From NCBI GenBank assembly GCA_000025185.1, contig CP001848.1:3600001-3632000 (forward strand): DNA of 32,000 nt, read 5' to 3'. Below, piece by piece: positions 22,249 to 30,195 of the stretch. The notes beneath the pieces are model-generated. The model saw nothing but the letters and a program-made list of their open reading frames with translations. It was not told the origin of the DNA and made no database searches. The position numbers and the translations under genes are program-made. This DNA comes from Pirellula staleyi DSM 6068. GTDB lineage: Bacteria > Planctomycetota > Planctomycetia > Pirellulales > Pirellulaceae. The first letter of the stretch is position 1. Each line of letters begins with the position of its first letter.

Positions 22249-24420
22249 TTACGGCAGAAACCGGAACTCATTGCAGTTGATGAGGACCCAGCGCAAATCG
22301 GCCATGCCTTCTTCAACGGTCGGTGCGCCGGTGATCATCTCGCGGCTTTCAGCGAGTTCATCAGCCGACGGACGACGCGTCAGGATCTCGAGGTATGCCA
22401 GTTTGATCGCGGCGTCGAGGTTTTGGTCTTTGCCACGCAGCAGACCGTAAATCGGTTCGAGGTCGCCAACCCGGGCTGCTTCGTGCGTGAGACGTCCGTT
22501 GAGCATCATCAGCGCTTGACGCATCGACGCGCTGTCGTCGCGCAAGTCACCCAGGTCGCTACGATTCGGCTGACCAAAAACGCGGAGGAAGTGTCCATCG
22601 GGAGCTGGCGACTGCATGCGGAGCGACGTCGTGAAGACGGGGTTCTCATCGACCACTCGCTTGACGATCTTCTCGTCGTATTCCATCCCCCCGCCACCAC
22701 GATTCATTCGTTCCATGGCCATCCGCTGCGCTTCCAGTTCTTCTTTCGACATCACCGCCATCGCTTCGACTTCCACTTCGGGTTCGTCTTGCTCGGCGAG
22801 CAGTTTTCCGAAGTCGAGTTCAATCGCATCTTCGAGAGCATACGATCCATCGGCCTGCATCACCTTGGGGCCACTCATTCCAGCCATCCCGGGAGCCATC
22901 ATCGCTGGTTTGTTATTTCCAGCGAGGAGTTGAGCGACCGGCTTGCCCGTCTCTCCTGGTTTCGCCTTCGGGGTACGGACCACTTCGGTGATCGTCCGCT
23001 CGTTACGTCCGGGGGAATGTTTGGGGGTGAAAAGGTGCCCAGCAGTCACGATGCTGTCGTAGAGCGATTCCGCGAGCATGCGCCGAACAGGAGTCGCCAG
23101 CAGAGCTGCTTCGAGTTCCATGCGGGTCACTTCTTCGATTTCCTGTGGCGCGTGGCCACGCTGATAGGCATCGCTGGTGGCGACCAGTTTGACGAGCGTT
23201 CGGAGGTCGTAGTCGCTGGCGACAAACTCTTCGGCCAGATAGTCCAAGGCGGCTGGATGAGCCGCTGGATTGTCGTCGCGGAAGTCGTCGACTGGTTCGA
23301 CAAAACCACGCCCCACCATCGTCTTCCACACACGGTTGACGAACGAGCGGGCGAAGAAACGATTGCGAGGATCGGTGATTTGACGAGCGAGCTGCGATCG
23401 CAAATCACTCGCTTTGTAGAGACCAGCTTGGATATCGATCTTACGAATATCTTTCTTAGCCTCTTGCGTGGCGAGTTCCTCGCCGAAGCTACCACTCGCT
23501 CGGCTGGCGACCTTCGCCGATGAATCTTCGAGCAAATCATCGACTGTGGGGCCGGTGGGCTTGGGCTTGGCAGCTTCCTTGGCGGCACGCACTTTCTCCA
23601 TCCGAACGACATACTCGGGCTTGCCACTGAAGTCGATCATTTGGAACGGAAAACGTGGCTCCAGTGCCTTGCGATCCTTCATTTCAGCTTCGCCTTCCGG
23701 CGGCCAGAGGATGCTGGTTTGTTCGGTTTCGGTAGCGAAGACCACGCGAGTCAGCTGACTTTCGAAACGACGTGTGCGGCCGAAGAAGGCAGCCATGTCG
23801 TAGAAGTCGCGGCGAGTCCAGACATCGAAGGGATGATCGTGACACTGGGCACAGCCGATCCGAACTCCGAGAAACACTTGGGATGTGATGCTCGCCATCG
23901 CGAGAGGATCAGCGTCGTCCCCGAGGATGAATCCTGCTTCAGGAGTCTTGCCTGCTTTGCCGTTGGTGGAGATCAGCTTTTGAGCCATCTGGTCGTAAGG
24001 CATGCCGGTGGAGATGGCATTGTGGACGTAGGCAATCAGGGCAGCACCGCCGCTCGCTTCGCTACGGATGCGGAGCATGTCGGCGTAGAACATCGTCCAG
24101 CGGTCGGCGAAGCGAGGGTCGGCCAGAAGTTTGTCGATCAGCTGCTCGCGACGGGTTTGAGCAGGCATCGCGGCGAATTCGCGAACTTCGGCTTCGGTCG
24201 GAATGCGACCGATCAGATCGACGTAAATGCGGCGGAGGAAGATATGGTCACCCACCACCGGCATCGCTGCCGTGGTGATACCAGCCTCTTGATTCTCGCG
24301 GTCGACGACGGCATCGAGCGGATTGCGAGCCGAGGCTGTGGAACCGAGGGCCAAAAGTGCAACGACCAGAAACGATCGAATCCCCGTGGTGAAATTCCCG
24401 GAGCTGAAACTCATTGGCAT
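22249..24420 (-). CDS. DUF1549/DUF1553 domain protein (PSD-type, no N-terminal cytochrome-c domain)
   Basis: The ORF is 723 aa with a signal peptide (...FLVVALLALGSTASA). The DUF1549-type block is FLRRIYVDLIGRIPTEAEVREF...DKLLADPRFADRW and ends in GCAQCHDHPFD. The DUF1553-type C-terminus runs ...LRMQSPAPDGHFLRVFGQPNRSD...RQALMMLNG.... It sits immediately upstream of DUF1501, which is the usual pairing. Confidence 0.85.
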   Translation of the reverse strand: MPMSFSSGNFTTGIRSFLVVALLALGSTASARNPLDAVVDRENQEAGITTAAMPVVGDHIFLRRIYVDLIGRIPTEAEVREFAAMPAQTRREQLIDKLLADPRFADRWTMFYADMLRIRSEASGGAALIAYVHNAISTGMPYDQMAQKLISTNGKAGKTPEAGFILGDDADPLAMASITSQVFLGVRIGCAQCHDHPFDVWTRRDFYDMAAFFGRTRRFESQLTRVVFATETEQTSILWPPEGEAEMKDRKALEPRFPFQMIDFSGKPEYVVRMEKVRAAKEAAKPKPTGPTVDDLLEDSSAKVASRASGSFGEELATQEAKKDIRKIDIQAGLYKASDLRSQLARQITDPRNRFFARSFVNRVWKTMVGRGFVEPVDDFRDDNPAAHPAALDYLAEEFVASDYDLRTLVKLVATSDAYQRGHAPQEIEEVTRMELEAALLATPVRRMLAESLYDSIVTAGHLFTPKHSPGRNERTITEVVRTPKAKPGETGKPVAQLLAGNNKPAMMAPGMAGMSGPKVMQADGSYALEDAIELDFGKLLAEQDEPEVEVEAMAVMSKEELEAQRMAMERMNRGGGGMEYDEKIVKRVVDENPVFTTSLRMQSPAPDGHFLRVFGQPNRSDLGDLRDDSASMRQALMMLNGRLTHEAARVGDLEPIYGLLRGKDQNLDAAIKLAYLEILTRRPSADELAESREMITGAPTVEEGMADLRWVLINCNEFRFLP

Positions 24421-24692
24421 CGCGATGTTCCCCCAGTTTCCGCCGAGCGGACGAAATGTCGAGCGAATGCCGACATTCCTTAGGTGCTGATCCTAAGCAC
24501 AACCGGTCGTCTGAGTAAACGAATTCCCCGTTAAAAGGGATGACGCCCCGGATTAGCACACTATGGCCGATGACCCATCAGCCGTTACTTGAAGAATTGA
24601 AATAGTGCCAGCAAGGGGCTGAGATTGGCAGCTCTTATCGCTGTAAGTGCTGGATGAGAAGCTAGTTAGTGATCAACGTTGGGGCCGGTCAA

Positions 24693-25208
24693 TTACCGTC
24701 GTTTTTTACGGACGATTCCGAGGGCGTCCTCGATGTCCTTACGGAGCAGGGCGGTTTCGTATTGCTCTTCGACCTTGATACGCAGCAGGGGAAGGCCAGC
24801 TGCGGCGAGGGCCGCGTTCACAAATCGATCCCGTTCTTGCCGATCGGGGCGTCGATGCGAACTGTCGTCAAGTTCAATCGCCAGTTTGACTTCCAGCGTG
24901 TCGTTGTCGCAAATCACAAAGTCGATATGTTTGCCCGCGATGCGGTTTTGCCAGGTTTGAAACTTGCGTGTTTTGGCGCGCACCTTAATCAGATCGGCCA
25001 GCCGGACCATGGAGAATATTTGCCAGTCGTCGCGCACCGCTATTTGCAGCGTGCGGAGGAAATTGATCTCGGCTGGCGTGAGCAGAACGCCGCGCCGCTC
25101 GTAAGGCATCGGACCATCGCGCAGCGACGCCATGGCAATAATGAGGAGGACCGCCGCCACCAATAGAAACAGCAGCAGCGGCCAATTATCGATTAGCAGC
25201 TGACCCAT
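24693..25208 (-). CDS. membrane-anchored DUF2726 domain protein (restriction-endonuclease-like fold)
   Basis: The ORF is 171 aa. The N-terminal helix is WPLLLFLLVAAVLLIIAMASL. The rest reads LLTPAEINFLRTLQIAV...QIFSMVRLADLI...AGKHIDFVICDNDTLEVKLAIELDDSSH...RDRFVNAALAAAGLPLLRI. This is the DUF2726 pattern, with the D...(E/D).D/K-like core HIDFVICD...IELDD. Confidence 0.65.
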   Translation of the reverse strand: MGQLLIDNWPLLLFLLVAAVLLIIAMASLRDGPMPYERRGVLLTPAEINFLRTLQIAVRDDWQIFSMVRLADLIKVRAKTRKFQTWQNRIAGKHIDFVICDNDTLEVKLAIELDDSSHRRPDRQERDRFVNAALAAAGLPLLRIKVEEQYETALLRKDIEDALGIVRKKRR

Positions 25209-25376
25209 GGCGTGACCGGTTTCTCGTCGGCAAGCGACGAACGAGGCTCATTGGCGGGGGAGAGGCCGGTGAGAGATGTCTATCGAGTCGCTGGTTGTAC
25301 CATCGCTCGAGAAGCATCCGCTTCCATCATCGGAGCCCGGTGGGTGATGCTTGAGTGATTTGCAGTGCGCAAAGTC

Positions 25377-25405
25377 TTGACGTAAATAATCTTGCGATAG
25401 TTATT
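25377..25405 (+). promoter_or_regulatory. weak sigma70-like promoter candidate for the HD-GYP unit
   Basis: TTGACG(25377-25382) is followed by an unusually AT-rich patch, taaataatcttgcgatagttatt. Possible -10 elements are tagtta (15-nt spacer) or gttatt (17-nt spacer), and neither is a good match. Planctomycete promoter rules are poorly known. Confidence 0.2.
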
Positions 25406-25718
25406 CCTGCTGGAGCTATTGGGAAAACCTTGCCGCGCCAACCAGCAGCGGATGACCCCGAAAGAGCTGTTCTGAGGCGGTGTCTAGCACGCCGTCAAAA
25501 CCGGATACATCAAATTGCATATCTGGCAATTCTGCGAACTCTCGCACAGCTGATACGATCGCTACGAGCTACCTGCGTTGCGGAGAACCGCATGTCGGAG
25601 CGGTGTTCTCTACTCCCTTTGGGTTTTGCTTGGCGCAGGGGAGTGACGTAGTTTTGTCTGGCGTTTGATACTAAGAGGCCTCACCGCACTGGGTGGGGTC
25701 ATTCCTGGACCGGCATTC

Positions 25719-27371
25719 CCCATGCGAACTGTCGCCGAGAACTACCGACTCTCTCCTGTCAGCGATACCGCGCTGCAAGCAGAGCTCACCAAGCTGGCCA
25801 TCTCGCTTCGAGATGCGTTTGGCGTGGCGTTCTCCCTTTGGCACCGCGAGACGGGGGAATTGCTCTACGTCTCTCTCCAGCAGCCAGGCAGTAACGATCC
25901 GATTCGTGGTGAATTGGTCCGGGCGATTGTCGGCAACGAACCCCAGTTCCTGGCCGACGAAGATTCCGTGGCTGTGCTCGCCGTGCCGCTCCAAACGCCG
26001 TGTGGCGTTCCTGTGGCAGCGACCGCCGTGTTCGCACTTCGGCAAGTCGATTTTAGCGAAAACCTGCACGCCGCCTCCGAAGTCCTCGGACTCTCGCACG
26101 ACCGCGCGGCGAGCTGGATCAACCGACAAATCATATGGCCTGCCAATGCCCTGATTCGACTGGCCGCAAGTGTGCAGTCGCAGTCATTGGCCCTCGCCGA
26201 AGTTTCGCGTCTGCAAAATGAAGTCGAGAAGCTCTCAACCAGCCTCGCCTCTACCTACGAAGAGATTTGCCTGCTTCACGGGGTGACCCAAAACTTGCGA
26301 ATCTCGAGCGACGAATACAAACTGTGCGGATTGGTAATCGATTGGCTGCTCGACTGCGTCCCCGCCGAGTGGGCTGCGATCCAGTTATTGCCGGTCGTTG
26401 AAGCGGGGCAAAATACTTATAAGGCACGCACCGCGCCCCAGCTGATCGCAAGTTCGCATTGCCCCCTTTCGAGCGACGAGTTTTCGAAGCTCGTCGAGTA
26501 CTTGCAGCTCGAGCCTTCTGCTGGGCCAGTCGTGGTGAATCGTGGCGTCACCGGTGAAGCCAATTGGCCCTTTGCCAATATTCACGAACTGATTGTGGTC
26601 CCGATGGCCGAAGGGGATCGAGCCCTGGGCTGGCTCGCGGTGTTTAATCACGTCGAGTCGCTGGAGTTTGGTACGGTCGAAGCGAGTTTGCTTAGCAGTG
26701 TCGGCGCCATGCTCGGCATTCACAGCAGCAACCGCGACCTCTATCGCGAGCAGTCTGAATTTCTCGCCACCGTGGTGCGAGCACTCACCTCGGCTATCGA
26801 TGCCAAAGACCCGTACACCTGCGGTCATAGCGATCGTGTGGCCCGAATTTCGGTGCGGCTGGCTAAAGAACTCGGCTGCGATCCAGAAACGCTCCATACC
26901 CTCTACATGTCGGGACTGCTGCACGATATTGGCAAGATCGGCATCGACGACGCTGTGCTCCGTAAACCGGGGATGCTGACCGATGAAGAGTTCGAGCATA
27001 TCAAACAGCATCCTGAACTCGGCTATCGCATTCTGGCCGATATCAAGCAACTTTCCGACGTGCTTCCAGCGGTGCTGCACCACCACGAGCAGTGGGATGG
27101 CCGCGGCTATCCGTTCAAACTAGCGAGTGAGCAAATCCCGCTGATCGCCCGCATTGTGGCAGTGGCGGATGCTTTCGACGCCATGTCGAGCGATCGTCCT
27201 TATCGCAAGGGAATGCCTGAAGAAAAGGTGCACGATGTCTTTCGTCGGGGCGCTGGCAAGCAGTGGGATCCCGCAGTCATCGAGGCGTTCTTCACCGCCC
27301 GCGAAGATATCCGCGCCATCTGCAGCAGCGAACGCGCGAACCTCTCCCTCGACGTCGAGCAGTGGACTTAA
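25719..27371 (+). CDS. GAF-domain-containing HD-GYP phosphodiesterase (cyclic-dinucleotide hydrolase family)
   Basis: The track ORF is 25665..27371 (TTG); the first ATG is at 25719 (MRTVAENYRL). The C-terminal HD-GYP signature is complete: GHSDRVARISVRLAKELG, LLHDIGKIGI, and HHHEQWDGRGYP at 27078..27113, followed by ADAFDAMSSDRPYRK. Before it come a coiled-coil/linker (LQNEVEKLSTSLASTYEEICLLHGVTQNL), a GAF-like region (...ELIVVPMAEGDRALGWLAVFNH...) and a possible second GAF-like N-terminal region. Confidence 0.85.
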   Translation, partial: PMRTVAENYRLSPVSDTALQAELTKLAISLRDAFGVAFSLWHRETGELLYVSLQQPGSNDPIRGELVRAIVGNEPQFLADEDSVAVLAVPLQTPCGVPVAATAVFALRQVDFSENLHAASEVLGLSHDRAASWINRQIIWPANALIRLAASVQSQSLALAEVSRLQNEVEKLSTSLASTYEEICLLHGVTQNLRISSDEYKLCGLVIDWLLDCVPAEWAAIQLLPVVEAGQNTYKARTAPQLIASSHCPLSSDEFSKLVEYLQLEPSAGPVVVNRGVTGEANWPFANIHELIVVPMAEGDRALGWLAVFNHVESLEFGTVEASLLSSVGAMLGIHSSNRDLYREQSEFLATVVRALTSAIDAKDPYTCGHSDRVARISVRLAKELGCDPETLHTLYMSGLLHDIGKIGIDDAVLRKPGMLTDEEFEHIKQHPELGYRILADIKQLSDVLPAVLHHHEQWDGRGYPFKLASEQIPLIARIVAVADAFDAMSSDRPYRKGMPEEKVHDVFRRGAGKQWDPAVIEAFFTAREDIRAICSSERANLSLDVEQWT

Positions 27372-27421
27372 GATACTAGAGCCTTCAGTTGCTCCCTCTC
27401 TAGTCACCACTGTGTCACTCT

Positions 27422-27919
27422 ATGGCTCGCCAAGAATCGGATCGTGAAGACTTGCTGCGCGAAGCAACCGCGCTGGTGCAGCGTGTGGAACTGCGTGTTG
27501 TTGATCAACCGGAATCGATGGTGGTCGGCTTTCGTCGCGATGGCTCAGCCAGCTTCTATTTTACTCCCGACTTCGTCGTGCAAACGAATCGAGCGGGAGA
27601 ACTGCGACGTGTCTATTTCGCGGGACGGCTCCTGAAAGCTGTCGACGGAACACTCGCAGCACTGCAGCGCCAGCGTCAGGACGATGCAGTCATTCTTTTG
27701 CGGACCGATCTAATTCCCGAAGAGCAAACCCAGTTGCTCGAGCAGGTGACCAAGGCCATTCTCCAACTCAAACACGACCTCGGCGACCACGCACCCGCGC
27801 GCTACGAAGTGGTGGGAGAAGTTCCTGTCGATGGCAATGTACTCGCTCGCGTGCGCTCGCTGCTCGAAGAACTCAAGTTACCACTCCCAGTGGCCGCTCG
27901 TCCCAACGTCGCGGGATAA
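27422..27919 (+). CDS. hypothetical soluble protein (165 aa), no recognisable family
   Basis: ATG 27422 lies 50 nt after the HD-GYP stop on the same strand. There is no hydrophobic segment. The sequence is mixed beta then helical (...MVVGFRRDGSASFYFTPDFVVQTNRAGELRRVYFAGRLLKAVDG... then ...EEQTQLLEQVTKAILQLKHDL...). Coding status is supported only by ORF length, operon position and an ordinary amino-acid composition. Confidence 0.55.
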   Translation: MARQESDREDLLREATALVQRVELRVVDQPESMVVGFRRDGSASFYFTPDFVVQTNRAGELRRVYFAGRLLKAVDGTLAALQRQRQDDAVILLRTDLIPEEQTQLLEQVTKAILQLKHDLGDHAPARYEVVGEVPVDGNVLARVRSLLEELKLPLPVAARPNVAG

Positions 27920-28010
27920 CGAGAAGCGTGCTCGGCATTGAGCCTCCGAGTCGCGAGGACTATCATCACGAAGCTCTGCTCGCCGCTCCCTTCGCATCGT
28001 TATTGCTCGC

Positions 28011-29477
28011 ATGAATTTGCTCGTCGCCATCGCAGCCGATAGTTTTCTCGATTCCACGATCGATTCACTTCCACATGCCGCGCATGATGCTGAGTCGTTT
28101 GCCAAAGTCTTGGAATCGCTCGCTTACTCCGCCGATGATCGCATCGTCCTGACCGGCACTTCGGCCACCAAAACGACTATCGAATCGAAATTGCGGCGAC
28201 TGGTGAAGAGCCTCAAGGCCGACGATGCACTCTGCCTCCTATGGATCGGCAAAGGGTTTGCTATCGATGGCCTCAGCTACGTTGCCTGTCACGATACCGA
28301 CCCCGATGACCCCGAAGGAACCAGCGTAGCGCTCGATTCGGTCTTGCGTCAGTTGCAGTCGGCACCCTGTAAGCAAACGCTCGTGCTCCTCGATACCTCT
28401 TACGGCCCCCTCACCGATCCAGCGACGACCAATCTCGAGCCCTGTATCGAAATTCAAGAGCTCGCGGAATTGCTCGGTGAAGAACCACGCATGGTGGTGA
28501 TCGGGTCGGCTGCGGCCCAGGAACTCTCGCTCCCGCTCACTGCCACAGGGCATTCTCTCTGGATGCATCACCTGCTTGAAGCCTTCGCGGGGAAAGCATT
28601 GCCGCGTAAAACGAAGCTGACCGTCGCTGCCTTGCTCGGTTACTTTAGCGAGCAATTTCCGCGAACGATTTCGACAGCCTTTGCCTCGAAAAAGTCGCAG
28701 AATCCTTGGTTCTTACCCAAGTCGACCGCCAAAGTGCTGCTGGCCGATCTGGCAGGCGCCTCAGGCGAAAATAGCGACCACGCGGAACTGTCGCGCGAGC
28801 AAGTGCGTGGAATCATCCTGCAATCGAAACGACCGATCAGCGTGAAAGGGCTTTCTGGTTATCGCAAAGGGATGCAGATTCCCGATCGCGCCAGTAGTTC
28901 GTCGCAAGCCTTTTTGTTTTCGCTCGCGAAAGAAGAAATCGAAGCCGACTTGAAGGCCGTCTTCGCGAATCTCCGTCAGAACTTCAAGTTCAAGCGGGCC
29001 GATATTCAGCTCGACAACGTCGGAGATGGAACCGGCACGATCACGACCCCTTACTTCAATTACTCGATTCAGCTCGAGCTCGAGGATGGCAACACCCACG
29101 TGGTGATATTCCATCGGCTGATCGATGCCATTAAAGATCCCGACAAGATTTTCTCGCTCCCCTTTGCGCAGGTGTTTCAGTCGACATTTGACACGGCGGT
29201 GATCGGGGTGCCCGAAAAGCTTGATCTCGAGGCACTCGTCGATCGGCTCGAGGACCTCGAAAACGACAAAATTCAGCTCGACTACGATCCCGACCTCACA
29301 AGTTGCACGCTTCGGTTGGCTGGGGTCGTCGGAGAGATTGAAATCACAGCCGATGCCATCACGATTGTGAATCACCGAGCCGATGCGCCTCGCCAGTTGC
29401 TAAGGTCGTTTCTCGACTTGCAGAAACTCCTGACCTCCTCCGGTTCCACGCCACTCTTGCCCTTCGGCGACGAATAA
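28011..29477 (+). CDS. caspase-fold (peptidase C14-like) domain protein with substituted catalytic dyad plus an uncharacterised about 240-aa C-terminal domain
   Basis: The N-terminal about 240 aa align by eye to the bacterial caspase/orthocaspase p20 pattern. LLVAIAADSF...LPHAAHDAESFAKVLESLAY corresponds to alvIGi..Y....L....nDA..m...L...Gf. ATKTTIESKLRRLVKSLKADDALCLLWIGKGFAIDG corresponds to at...i...l..l......D.l.fyfsGHG. TSVALDSVLRQLQSAPCKQTLVLLDTSYGP corresponds to ...l....l.......k.l.ilDaC.sg. Lys81 (28251..28253) occupies the His position and Ser130 (28398..28400) the Cys position. Confidence 0.6.
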   Translation: MNLLVAIAADSFLDSTIDSLPHAAHDAESFAKVLESLAYSADDRIVLTGTSATKTTIESKLRRLVKSLKADDALCLLWIGKGFAIDGLSYVACHDTDPDDPEGTSVALDSVLRQLQSAPCKQTLVLLDTSYGPLTDPATTNLEPCIEIQELAELLGEEPRMVVIGSAAAQELSLPLTATGHSLWMHHLLEAFAGKALPRKTKLTVAALLGYFSEQFPRTISTAFASKKSQNPWFLPKSTAKVLLADLAGASGENSDHAELSREQVRGIILQSKRPISVKGLSGYRKGMQIPDRASSSSQAFLFSLAKEEIEADLKAVFANLRQNFKFKRADIQLDNVGDGTGTITTPYFNYSIQLELEDGNTHVVIFHRLIDAIKDPDKIFSLPFAQVFQSTFDTAVIGVPEKLDLEALVDRLEDLENDKIQLDYDPDLTSCTLRLAGVVGEIEITADAITIVNHRADAPRQLLRSFLDLQKLLTSSGSTPLLPFGDE

Positions 29478-29625
29478 TCGGCTCGACCTAGTGGTCGATT
29501 CCCGCGGCTCTCTGCTGCCACCTTGCTCAAGAGCCTCGGTGAGTGCACCATAGGGAATTGCCATCATCGAAACTTCTCGGCCAGCCCAATCCTCGCCGCC
29601 CAGTTTTCGAGAATGGTTTATCAGC

Positions 29626-29698
<73 letters not shown>

Positions 29699-29802
29699 TT
29701 GGCTTACTTCGCGGCAGTTGGTTGCGATCCGCCGCAAATGTTGACAGATGTACAGTGTATCTGCTAGGCTGCCTGAATCTCATCTGCCAGGAGTTTCGGG
29801 TT

Positions 29803-30195
29803 ATGAAATTTGCCTACACGATTTTGTACGTCAACGATGTCACCGCCTCGATTGAGTTCTACGAGCGAGCTTTTGGCATGACGCGCCGCTTCGTACACGA
29901 GAGCAATACGTACGCGGAACTCGAAACGGAGGGGACGACCCTTTCGTTTGCTCAGCACGATCTGGCTCGGTCGAATTTGCCGATCGATTTTGTGAAGAGT
30001 TCGCTGCAGCAAGCTCCCGCCGGTTTTGAGATTGGTATCTCGACCGACGATGTGCCAGCGGCTTATGCCCTGGCGATTGCTGCTGGCGCTACGCCACTGG
30101 CAGAGCCCAAAACCAAACCTTGGGGGCAGGTGGTCGCATATGTACGCGACCTCGATGGGGTGCTAGTCGAGCTTTGCACCCCGATGGGCCTGTAG
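29803..30195 (+). CDS. VOC (glyoxalase/bleomycin-resistance/dioxygenase) family protein
   Basis: The track ORF 29668..30195 would overlap the tRNA. The real start is most likely ATG 29803, preceded by ccaggag. The 130-aa product, MKFAYTILYVNDVTASIEFYERAFGM...YAELETEGTTLSFAQHD...GFEIGISTDDVPAAYALAIAAGATPLAEPKTKPWGQVVAYVRDLDGVLVELCTP, shows the typical paired beta-alpha-beta-beta-beta VOC pattern. Confidence 0.8.
   Translation: MKFAYTILYVNDVTASIEFYERAFGMTRRFVHESNTYAELETEGTTLSFAQHDLARSNLPIDFVKSSLQQAPAGFEIGISTDDVPAAYALAIAAGATPLAEPKTKPWGQVVAYVRDLDGVLVELCTPMGL

Noticed and set aside
24552-24560. Extended -10-like element (TGTGCTAAT on the minus strand) about 130 nt upstream of the DUF1549 start, and a small hairpin cttagg-N7-cctaag at about 24477..24497.
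   Set aside because: The hexamer matches only 4/6, there is no -35, and the hairpin is short. Neither is distinguishable from chance without 5'-end data.
25410-25718. c-di-GMP riboswitch (GEMM) in the HD-GYP leader.
   Set aside because: I could not find the paired tetraloop/receptor hairpins or the conserved GCAAA-type elements by eye. Only Infernal/Rfam could settle this.
26385-27086. Minus-strand ORFs antisense to the HD-GYP and pseudo-caspase genes: 26385..27086, 25671..26129, 28761..29375 and 28239..28655.
   Set aside because: The reasoning is the same: these are shadow frames of well-supported plus-strand genes with implausible compositions.
27422-27919. Possible PilZ (c-di-GMP receptor) identity for the 165-aa protein next to HD-GYP.
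   Set aside because: An RxxxR is present (RVELR), but the second motif reads RDGSASF rather than (D/N)xSxxG, the spacing is off, and there is no double-Arg. The match is too weak to call and needs a profile search.
29478-29625. Intrinsic terminator after the pseudo-caspase gene: tcgacc-tagt-ggtcga at 29483..29498.
   Set aside because: The stem is only 6 bp with no following U-tract, which is too weak to annotate.
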